From: Selenomonadaceae bacterium
Lineage (GTDB): Bacteria; Bacillota; Negativicutes; Selenomonadales; Selenomonadaceae
Assembly (NCBI GenBank): GCA_017614505.1
Contig: JAGABT010000001.1
Coordinates: forward strand, 515 to 64,514
Reading direction: 5' to 3'
Length of the DNA: 64,000 bases
In this document: one piece after another, positions 9,661 to 17,113 of the stretch
Layout: every line of letters begins with the position of its first letter
Position numbering within the stretch: the stretch's first letter is position 1
The notes under the pieces: generated by a model
What the model saw: the letters and a program-made list of their open reading frames with translations, nothing else
The model's database searches: none
Told to the model about the DNA's origin: nothing
Position numbers and translations under genes: made by a program

Positions 9661-9757
9661 GTCACTTTCTTTCGAGAAAGAAAGTAACCAAAGAAAGCTC
9701 GGCCGCATAGGTCGCTTCCGGCGACCTGTGACGGCCGGCCGCCCATCCATGGGCGGC
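9661..9757. repeat. Mosaic intergenic hairpin element, copy 1 (inverted relative to copy 3).
   Basis: Palindrome ctttctttcgagaaagaaag at 9665-9684. The 36-bp module at 9701-9736 is the exact reverse complement of 39893-39928. Hairpin gccgccca/tgggcggc lies at 9738-9757. Confidence 0.85.
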
Positions 9758-9769
9758 TTCTTTTTCGCA

Positions 9770-10759
9770 TTATGATTTATATCCTGCTGGGTGATTTTTG
9801 TGCCAGTTCCACGCATCGGCGATTATTTTTTCAACACTCGAAAATTTCGGCGTCCAGCTTAAAATCTTTGTAGCCTTGTCAGCGGAGGCAATCAGCTGAG
9901 CGGGATCTCCTACGCGACGCGTTCCAATTTCAGTTTTGATTTTTCTGCCGGTAACTTTTTCCGCCGCGTTGATAATTTCTTTGACGGAAAATCCGCGCCC
10001 GCTCCCCAGATTGAAAATTTCGGAACTGCCGCCGTTGCGCAGATAATTCAGCGCGAGAATGTGCGCCTCCGCCAAATCCATAACGTGAACGTAATCGCGC
10101 AGGCAGGTGCCGTCGGGCGTGGGATAATCGTCGCCGAAAATCGTGATGTGGTCGCGCTTACCGAGAGGAACCTGCAGAATCAGCGGGATTAAATGCGTTT
10201 CCGGCGTATGGTCTTCGCCAATTTCACCAGATTCGAGAGCGCCCGCCGCATTAAAATATCGCAGGCTGACAAATCTGATGTCATTCGCGCGGCTCACCCA
10301 GCGCATAATTTTTTCCATAATCAGTTTGGATTCGCCGTAAGGATTGGTCGGATTTGTAGCGTCGGTTTCGCTTATGGGAATTTTTTCGGGCTCGCCATAA
10401 GTCGCCGCCGTGGAACTGAAAACAATTTTGTCGACGCCGAATTTCACCATGGCTTCCAGCAAAACCTGCATGCCGCCGACGTTGTTGTTAAAATATTTCA
10501 GCGGATTTTGAACGCTTTCGCCGACCAGTGAATTTGCCGCGAAGTGAATCACTGCCTCGATTTGATTTTCGGTAAAAATTTTCTCAAGCGTGGCGTCTGA
10601 GCGAATGTCGCCCATGTAGAAAATCGCCGCCGGATTGACCGCCTCAAGGTGTCCCGTCTGCAGGTTGTCGACAATAACAACTTTTTCGCCGCGTTCCAAA
10701 AGCGCGTGAACGGTGTGCGAACCGATGTAGCCCGCGCCGCCGCATACCAGAATCGCCAT
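9770..10759 (-). CDS. galE: UDP-glucose 4-epimerase.
   Basis: N-terminal GGAGYIGSH Rossmann motif, the YGESK catalytic motif, 329 aa. Confidence 0.9.
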   Translation of the reverse strand: MAILVCGGAGYIGSHTVHALLERGEKVVIVDNLQTGHLEAVNPAAIFYMGDIRSDATLEKIFTENQIEAVIHFAANSLVGESVQNPLKYFNNNVGGMQVLLEAMVKFGVDKIVFSSTAATYGEPEKIPISETDATNPTNPYGESKLIMEKIMRWVSRANDIRFVSLRYFNAAGALESGEIGEDHTPETHLIPLILQVPLGKRDHITIFGDDYPTPDGTCLRDYVHVMDLAEAHILALNYLRNGGSSEIFNLGSGRGFSVKEIINAAEKVTGRKIKTEIGTRRVGDPAQLIASADKATKILSWTPKFSSVEKIIADAWNWHKNHPAGYKS

Positions 10760-10771
10760 AAAAATTCCCCC

Positions 10772-11848
10772 TCAGTTAATCAGCCGGATAATCTGTTCGA
10801 CCGTCGCCGAAATATTTTTTTCCGCCACAGATTTTTCCATAGCCTCGCTCAAAGTCATTGGCTCGCGCAGAATCGAAAAGGTTGCGTCAATGTCACCGCC
10901 GCCGCCAATTTTCACGCCGCCGCCTATCGCCACGGTTTTAATTTTCGGATTGAGCCGCTTAGCGAGTTCAGCAACACCCGCCGGAGCTTTACCCTGCAGA
11001 GTCTGCGCGTCAACAGAGCCTTCGCCGGTTATCAAAACGTCAGCGTCGCGCAGGTCTTCAGAAATTTTCAGAACGTCCAGAATCAGCTCGACGCCAGGAA
11101 TAAGCTTGCCGTTCAAAAATTTTCTGAATGCGAAACCCAGACCGCCAGCCGCGCCGTCGCCAGCCACTGAAATTTTTTCGCCCGCAAGTTCAGCGAAATT
11201 TTTAATCCAGCCGTCCATCTGCGCGACAATTTCGGGCGTAGCGCCTTTCTGCGGACCGTAAATCGCCGAACAGCCATTAGCACCCGTCAGCGGATTTTTC
11301 ACGTCGCAGGCAATTTTGAAACTGCAGCCGCGAAACTTATCCGTCGGCTCAATTTTCTGAACGCCAGCCAAATCCCTGCCGAAAATCCCAGTGCCGAAAC
11401 TGAAACCGAGCGCCGTGAGCATACCTAAGCCGCAGTCGTTCGTAGCGCTACCACCAATGCCGACGATAAAATTTTTACAGCCGTCATCAAGCGCGCGCAG
11501 AATCATTTCGCCGACGCCAAAAGTCGTAGTGTTGAGCGGGTTGCGAAGATTTTCCGGCACGAGATTCAAACCCGCCGCCGCCGCCATTTCCATTACCGCC
11601 AAATCGCCAATCCTGCCAAATTCCGCGCGAACTTTATTTCCGAGCGCGCCGGTAACTTCGACGCTTTTCATTTCGCCGCCGAGCCCTTCAGTCAGAGTTC
11701 TGCAGGTACCCTCGCCGCCGTCCGCCAGCGGATAAACTTTCACGTCAGCAGTCGGCGCCGCACACTTAATACCAGTTTCCGCCGCGCGTCCCGCTTCGAG
11801 GCTCGTCAAACTGCCCTTGAAACTGTCAATCGCCACAACAATTTTCAT
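10772..11848 (-). CDS. glxK: Glycerate kinase.
   Basis: MKIVVAIDSFKGSLTS N-terminus and ITGEGSVDAQTLQGKAP, typical of the GlxK/GarK family. Confidence 0.85.
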   Translation of the reverse strand: MKIVVAIDSFKGSLTSLEAGRAAETGIKCAAPTADVKVYPLADGGEGTCRTLTEGLGGEMKSVEVTGALGNKVRAEFGRIGDLAVMEMAAAAGLNLVPENLRNPLNTTTFGVGEMILRALDDGCKNFIVGIGGSATNDCGLGMLTALGFSFGTGIFGRDLAGVQKIEPTDKFRGCSFKIACDVKNPLTGANGCSAIYGPQKGATPEIVAQMDGWIKNFAELAGEKISVAGDGAAGGLGFAFRKFLNGKLIPGVELILDVLKISEDLRDADVLITGEGSVDAQTLQGKAPAGVAELAKRLNPKIKTVAIGGGVKIGGGGDIDATFSILREPMTLSEAMEKSVAEKNISATVEQIIRLIN

Positions 11849-11851
11849 AGC

Positions 11852-12622
11852 TCAACCCTCGCTGAAAAGTTTCGTCTGCTCAGAAATATTTTCCGCACGC
11901 ACAAGACCTTCGCCGACCAGAATCCCGTCGCAGCCAGCCTCGCGCAGAATTTTCACGTCGCCGACGCTTTGAACGCCGCTCTCGCTGATAATGACGCGGC
12001 TCTTGTCGACGCGCGGCAAAAGTTCCAGCGTATTGTCAATCGTCGTGGTGAAATTTTTGAGATTGCGGTTGTTGATGCCGATAAAATTCGCCGGTGTGTC
12101 CTGCGCGATTTGCAAATCAGTTTCGTCGTGAACTTCGACCAGCGCGTCCATGCCGAGGCTCCACGCAGTGTAGAGAAATTTTTTCAGCTGAGCGGGCGTC
12201 AAAATTCTGACGATAAGTAAAACCGCGTCGGCGCCGAGCCAGCGCGATTCGTAAATCTGGTACTCGTCGATTATAAAATCCTTGCGAAGGAGCGGTAGAT
12301 TAATTTCCGCGCGAACTTTTTTGAAGTCGTCGTTCGAGCCGAGGAAATGCTTGTCGGTATGCACGGAAAGCATCGCGGCGCCGCTGGATTCGTAGATTTT
12401 CGCCAGTTCCAAAACTGAATGCGTGGCGTTTAATCTTCCCTTCGCTGGCGATTGGAGTTTGCACTCGGCGATTAAATTCCACGCGCCTTTGGAAAATTTC
12501 TGCGACATTCTGAAGTTACCGATTCGCAGTTCAGCCTGGATTTTTTCCAGCGGCGTTGAACCTTTCGCCTCCGCCACGGTCGAAAATTTTTCCTCGACAA
12601 TTTCTGATAGAATATTTTTCAT
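11852..12622 (-). CDS. trpC: Indole-3-glycerol phosphate synthase.
   Basis: IAECKLQSPAKG, LRKDFIIDEYQIYESRWLGADAVLLI, GINNRNL and ISESG motifs. Confidence 0.85.
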   Translation of the reverse strand: MKNILSEIVEEKFSTVAEAKGSTPLEKIQAELRIGNFRMSQKFSKGAWNLIAECKLQSPAKGRLNATHSVLELAKIYESSGAAMLSVHTDKHFLGSNDDFKKVRAEINLPLLRKDFIIDEYQIYESRWLGADAVLLIVRILTPAQLKKFLYTAWSLGMDALVEVHDETDLQIAQDTPANFIGINNRNLKNFTTTIDNTLELLPRVDKSRVIISESGVQSVGDVKILREAGCDGILVGEGLVRAENISEQTKLFSEG

Positions 12623-12636
12623 GGGCAGTTCCTTCC

Positions 12637-12665
12637 TTTACGAAACGAAATTTATCTGCTATACT
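12637..12665 (+). promoter_or_regulatory. Putative sigma70-type promoter for the + strand block. It predicts a near-leaderless mRNA.
   Basis: TTTACG (12637-12642), a 17-nt spacer, then TATACT (12660-12665). The ATG at 12676 is only 10 nt downstream of the -10 box and has no SD. Confidence 0.4.
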
Positions 12666-12675
12666 TTTTGGCACT

Positions 12676-13185
12676 ATGAAAAATTTTACAAATCAGCGCG
12701 GGCTGGCGGCGCTCGAAGTGGTGATTGTTGCGGCGATTGTGGCGATTTTTGCGACGACCGCCGTTCCCAAAATGGCGCGCGTTCTCGACAAAGTTCAGCT
12801 CGATTACGAAATAAAACACCTCTACAGCACGCTGAATCTGGCGCGTTCAATCAGCAAATCCTCCAGATATAGCAGCGGAATTTTCAAGGTGTCGAGCATT
12901 CGCGATACACATTTTTCGTTTCACGAAACAGGTGATGACTCTTTGAAAAAGCGCTATTTTTACACTCTCACGCTGAGCGGTAGTTCAACTTTTATAGTTC
13001 ACCAGCACAACCTTCCAGAAAAATTCGAGCTTCACAGAGACGGTGGAGGCAACATCATCCATATTTTGCCGGATTCTGGTAAGAGCATAATCTTCACTCT
13101 TAAATCCAGATTTAACAAAAAGGCGTATGTCGTAGGCACTACCGTTGGGCGCTGGCGTGGTACGTATGAAAAACCAAAATCTTAA
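12676..13185 (+). CDS. Prepilin-type N-terminal domain protein, GspH/FimT-like minor pseudopilin.
   Basis: MKNFTNQRG|LAALEVVIVAAIVAIFATTAVP is a class III signal with Glu at +5. An LYSTLNLARS motif follows. I chose the start at ATG 12676 rather than the upstream track start at 12556. Confidence 0.7.
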   Translation: MKNFTNQRGLAALEVVIVAAIVAIFATTAVPKMARVLDKVQLDYEIKHLYSTLNLARSISKSSRYSSGIFKVSSIRDTHFSFHETGDDSLKKRYFYTLTLSGSSTFIVHQHNLPEKFELHRDGGGNIIHILPDSGKSIIFTLKSRFNKKAYVVGTTVGRWRGTYEKPKS

Positions 13186-13561
13186 CCAGTGCGGCTTTAT
13201 GCTGCTGAGCGTAGTTTTTCTGACGCTGATAGTTTCGCTGAGCGCGCAGATTCTCCTGAACGCCAATTCGAAAGTTCAGCAGCGCAATTCTACGCTATAC
13301 CTCACAGCGATTAACCTTGCAAATGAACAGTTCGCTGAAATTGAAGGGCAAAATCTTCCTGCCGGAAATTACAATTTTCTCGGCAACGAAGGCGATTTGG
13401 AAAGTCGCAACGGCGTCAGGGAAGATTCCGAGCCGACAAAATTCGACGTTTCTGCTGAAGTGGGCGAAGGCAATTTGAGAGAGGTTAAAGTTACCGTTAA
13501 GTGGAACGTCGGCGGCAGGGAAAATTCTATCGTATCGAAAAAAAAGATTCGCGCCAGATAA
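13166..13561 (+). CDS. Pseudopilin-like protein (non-canonical, no Glu+5).
   Basis: MKNQNLNQCG|FMLLSVVFLTLIVSL. It overlaps the upstream gene by 20 nt. Confidence 0.45.
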   Translation: MKNQNLNQCGFMLLSVVFLTLIVSLSAQILLNANSKVQQRNSTLYLTAINLANEQFAEIEGQNLPAGNYNFLGNEGDLESRNGVREDSEPTKFDVSAEVGEGNLREVKVTVKWNVGGRENSIVSKKKIRAR

Positions 13562-13589
13562 GTATATCAAACTGCAGGGAAAAATCCAA

Positions 13590-14234
13590 ATGAAATTTAA
13601 AATGGGCGAGCGCGGATTTGTACTGGCAGAATTTGCGATAGCGCTGCCGCTGCTGATTTTGCTTTTGTACGCGCTGGGAATGGTCACGCTCCATGGTTTA
13701 AAAATCGCACGGGAACAGGTTGCGGACTACACGCTTGAAACCGATGCGCAGTATGTTATCGACAGAATCACCAGCGACGCCCGCGCCGCTCAGTATGTCA
13801 GAATAAAAAATGCCAACGACTTCGACGAAATTATTTTTTACTGCTACACGATTGGCGAGCAGGAAAGCGACGATTTTATAGCGAAGGACGGCAAATATTA
13901 TAAATACAGGAAGGAAGAGATTATGTTTGACAACAGGCGCTATTATAAAAACATTCTCGACCCGCGAATTTACAGAATCGACAACAGAGATGGCGGTTTT
14001 TTCCGCGTTTACTTCAAGCACAGCGACGACGATTATCATAGCAGCCCCCTTACCGGCGACAGCACCTACGGCGACCACTATATAACTGAATTTAAAGTCG
14101 ACAGGGACAAGCTGAACCAAAAAATTCTGCACCTGACGCTGGAGATGAAAAGCAATGTCACGAAGAAAAAAGTTAAATTCACCACGTCGGTCTTTATGCC
14201 AGCCTGTGAAAGTTTTAAAGTTCCCAGCGAATAA
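13590..14234 (+). CDS. Pseudopilin / TadE-like protein.
   Basis: MKFKMGERG|FVLAEFAIALPLLILLL has Glu at +5 and a hydrophobic helix. Confidence 0.5.
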   Translation: MKFKMGERGFVLAEFAIALPLLILLLYALGMVTLHGLKIAREQVADYTLETDAQYVIDRITSDARAAQYVRIKNANDFDEIIFYCYTIGEQESDDFIAKDGKYYKYRKEEIMFDNRRYYKNILDPRIYRIDNRDGGFFRVYFKHSDDDYHSSPLTGDSTYGDHYITEFKVDRDKLNQKILHLTLEMKSNVTKKKVKFTTSVFMPACESFKVPSE

Positions 14235-14736
14235 CGAGCGCGGATTTTTTACAATCGTCGGGCTTTGCCTGCTGCTGGCGGTTGCAATTTCAATTCGAGG
14301 CGTACAGGAATTTGAAGGAAATTATTCCGTCGGCGTGTCAAATTCTTTAGCCGAACACGAATTGCAGAATGCGGCTGACAGCGCGCTTATCAAAATGATT
14401 GAAACCGGCAAATACGAAAAAAGTATTATGTCTGACAGGCTCGGAAAAATTTCCATCAACATTAAAACTACGCAAAGCAACATTCGCCGATTCAGGCGCG
14501 AATATGAATCCGGCGGCAAAACCAAGGACATTGCGCTCAATGAAGATAACAGCGACGATACTGGCAAAAATGCGAGTGAACCTGACGATACGCCGGAATG
14601 GCTGAAAATTAAAGCTGACTGTCTGATAAGCATTGCCAGCTGCGAAAATAAAAAATTCGGCGGGACAATTTATCGCTGCTCACAGGCTTACATTATCAAA
14701 GGCGACGACACGGTTTATTTTCTGACGGATTTGTAA
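14206..14736 (+). CDS. Pseudopilin-like protein (non-canonical).
   Basis: ...NNERG|FFTIVGLCLLLAVAI. Candidate GTG start at 14206, in frame with the track ORF 14155. It overlaps the upstream gene. Confidence 0.4.
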   Translation: MKVLKFPANNERGFFTIVGLCLLLAVAISIRGVQEFEGNYSVGVSNSLAEHELQNAADSALIKMIETGKYEKSIMSDRLGKISINIKTTQSNIRRFRREYESGGKTKDIALNEDNSDDTGKNASEPDDTPEWLKIKADCLISIASCENKKFGGTIYRCSQAYIIKGDDTVYFLTDL

Positions 14737-14793
14737 GGCAGGAATAACGCGGCGGCTTGCCGAATTTAAAATTGCCATAAAGGAGGCGAACCT

Positions 14794-15354
14794 ATGGAAA
14801 ATGAAGAGTTCGGCGCGGCGCAAATCGACCTGAACAAACTCGTCGAGCTGATAAACGCAATTCTGGAGCAGCAGGATAAAAATTCGCGGCTCCTCAATCA
14901 AGTCCTGCGCGAAAATATCAATTTCCAAAACCAGGTGCGGCAGGGAATGTACAACGAGCTGGAAGATTTGAAAAAGCAGCAGCGCGGCGAACAGTTCACG
15001 CCGATTTTAAAATCAATCGCGGCAATTTGCGTAGAGTACCGCGCGCTCCTCAATGACGAGACCATTTCAGAAAACTCCCGCCGGTCTTTGCAGCTCATGT
15101 TCGACGAGCTTGAAGACATTCTCGGCGATTACGGCGCAGAAATTTTCAACTCGAACGCAGGAGAGCCGCGCCGCCCGCTCCTTACCAAAATCATAAGCAC
15201 GGTTTCCACCGGCGACCGCAACCAGCATAACACTATCGCTAAAAGCCGTCGCGCTGGCGTCGTTCGCAACGGGCGCCCGCTCTACCGCGAGTTCGTCGAC
15301 GTTTACGTTTTCGACGGCGATAAATCCACGTCCGAATTTGCACGCACTGAATAA
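14794..15354 (+). CDS. GrpE-like nucleotide exchange factor.
   Basis: SD AAGGAGG precedes the ATG. LRENINFQNQVRQ resembles the GrpE LRxxAexeNxRKR helix. PILKSIAAICVEYRALL and the C-terminal GVVRNGRPLYREFVDVYVF resemble the GrpE beta-domain. Confidence 0.6.
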   Translation: MENEEFGAAQIDLNKLVELINAILEQQDKNSRLLNQVLRENINFQNQVRQGMYNELEDLKKQQRGEQFTPILKSIAAICVEYRALLNDETISENSRRSLQLMFDELEDILGDYGAEIFNSNAGEPRRPLLTKIISTVSTGDRNQHNTIAKSRRAGVVRNGRPLYREFVDVYVFDGDKSTSEFARTE

Positions 15355-15387
15355 TTTACCACCGGAAAAACTGGAGGAATTTTTTTT

Positions 15388-17034
15388 ATGAGTACTTACG
15401 GCATCGACCTCGGCACAACCTATTCCTGTATCGCGCGGCTTGACTCCAACGGCAACCCCGAAGTTATCCGCAACAATGAAGACGATTCAAATATGGTTGC
15501 GTCCGTGGTTTTTTTTGAGAATGAAAACAACGTCGTCGTCGGGCAGGCGGCGAAGGAAAATATCGAGACGGACGGCGACCGCGTCGTTCAGTTCGTCAAG
15601 CGCGAAATTGGCAAGCGCGATATGCGCACCTACACTTTCGACGGCAAAACCTACACGCCCGTTGAAATTTCCGCGCTCATTCTGACGCGCCTTAAAAATC
15701 TCGTCGAATCGCAGGGCAACGAAATTGAAGATGTGGTTATCACCGTCCCCGCGTATTTCGGTCTCGAAGAGCGCTCCGCTACCAAACAGGCGGGCGAACT
15801 TGCCGGACTGCACGTCCTCAGTCTGATTAACGAGCCAACCGCTGCGGCTTTGAGCTACTGCGCGAGACAGTTTCAAGAAGACCGCACGATTTTAGTCTAC
15901 GACCTTGGCGGCGGCACTTTCGACGTTACTGTCGTCAAAATGTCCATGACGCGCAACGAAGCCGGCAAGGACGTGCAGAAAATCAACGTGCTGGCGACCG
16001 GCGGCGACGACCGGCTCGGCGGCAAGGACTGGGACGATAAACTCTTTGACCACATTCTCCACGCCTGCTGCGACGAAAACGGTCTGACGCCCGAAGATAT
16101 TGAAGCCGAAACGCGGCAGGATATTCGCTCCAAAGTCGAAGAGGCTAAGCGCAAGCTCAGTAAGAAACAGTCCGCCAAAGTCCGCATTGACGTGAACGGC
16201 TCCCGCACCGAAATTACTATCAAGCGCTCCGACTTCGAGGCTATGACTTCCGATAAAGTCGCGCAGACCATGAACTTCGTCGACTCCACGCTCCAGAAAG
16301 TTCCAGATGTCGAAATTGATACCGTGCTTTTAGTCGGCGGCTCAACCTACATGCCAATGATTCAGAACGCCGTCGAAGCAAAATTCCCGGGCAAAGTTCA
16401 GCAGCACGACCCAGACCAGGCCGTTGCTAAGGGCGCCGCGATTTACGCCAGCATGCTCGTCGTCGAGGAAAGCGGCGATACTCCCAGCGCGGACGAAACT
16501 TCCTCCGACGAAAATCCTGCCGAAAAGCCCGTTTCGCATACCGAACAGCTTACCGCTAAATTCACCGTCGAAGACCAGACGCCCCGCTCCTTCGGTCCAG
16601 GCGTCATGGATACCAAGGGCGCCAAACACCAGTACGTTTTGGAAAATTTCATCAAGATTGGCGAGAAAATGCCCGCCGTCTTTACCAAAACTTACTACCC
16701 GCTCGAAGATAATCAGGAACGCGTCCGCCTGCGCGCCTTTGAAAATATGTCGCTCGAAGATACGCTCATTCCCTGCGTCGATGAAGACGGCAACCCGCAG
16801 GCTACAGACCCCGCCAATAACGTCAAACTTTTGGGCGAACTCGTTGTAAACCTGCCGCCGGAAACTCCGCGCGATACGCCAATCAAAGTCACGTTCAAGG
16901 TTGACGCGTCCGGCGTACACGTCGAGGCCGTCAACACCCGCACCAATGAAATTTTTGAAACTTTCCTGCGCACTGAATCCGATATTGACGTGGACAACAG
17001 CGCCGTCCACCAGCTCAGAATTTCCGCTGATTAA
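15388..17034 (+). CDS. Hsp70-family ATPase, non-canonical: no helical lid and an acidic insert at the interdomain linker.
   Basis: GIDLGTTYSCIA, VITVPAYF, LINEPTAAAL, VYDLGGGTFDVTV and LVGGSTYMPMIQ motifs. The substrate-binding beta-domain ends at aa ~525 of 548. Confidence 0.9.
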   Translation: MSTYGIDLGTTYSCIARLDSNGNPEVIRNNEDDSNMVASVVFFENENNVVVGQAAKENIETDGDRVVQFVKREIGKRDMRTYTFDGKTYTPVEISALILTRLKNLVESQGNEIEDVVITVPAYFGLEERSATKQAGELAGLHVLSLINEPTAAALSYCARQFQEDRTILVYDLGGGTFDVTVVKMSMTRNEAGKDVQKINVLATGGDDRLGGKDWDDKLFDHILHACCDENGLTPEDIEAETRQDIRSKVEEAKRKLSKKQSAKVRIDVNGSRTEITIKRSDFEAMTSDKVAQTMNFVDSTLQKVPDVEIDTVLLVGGSTYMPMIQNAVEAKFPGKVQQHDPDQAVAKGAAIYASMLVVEESGDTPSADETSSDENPAEKPVSHTEQLTAKFTVEDQTPRSFGPGVMDTKGAKHQYVLENFIKIGEKMPAVFTKTYYPLEDNQERVRLRAFENMSLEDTLIPCVDEDGNPQATDPANNVKLLGELVVNLPPETPRDTPIKVTFKVDASGVHVEAVNTRTNEIFETFLRTESDIDVDNSAVHQLRISAD

Positions 17035-17043
17035 AATTTTCCT

Positions 17044-17078
17044 GCCCGCTCCGATGAAGGTCGGGGCTTTTTTTATTT
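17044..17078 (+). terminator. Possible weak intrinsic terminator or attenuator after the Hsp70 gene.
   Basis: Imperfect GC hairpin at 17044-17067 (gcccg...cggggc) followed by TTTTTTT (17068-17074). Confidence 0.4.
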
Positions 17079-17087
17079 GAATGCGTG

Positions 17088-17096
17088 TGCTATAAT
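17088..17096 (+). promoter_or_regulatory. Extended -10 promoter (TGcTATAAT).
   Basis: tgtgctataatc at 17086-17097 is the same 12-mer as at 60526-60537. Confidence 0.5.
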
Positions 17097-17113
17097 CCGC
17101 GCAGGTGATTTTT

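Noticed and set aside
11852-12622. trpC standing alone without other trp genes.
   Set aside because: It is noted as slightly odd, but scattered trp genes are common and the window gives no further information.
12556-14205. Upstream-extended starts given by the track for pseudopilin genes 1, 2 and 4 (12556, 13145, 14155).
   Set aside because: The extensions would overlap trpC or the preceding gene and would bury the class III signal peptide far from the N-terminus. The internal starts at 12676, 13166 and 14206 place the (R/C)G cleavage motif 9-13 residues from the start.
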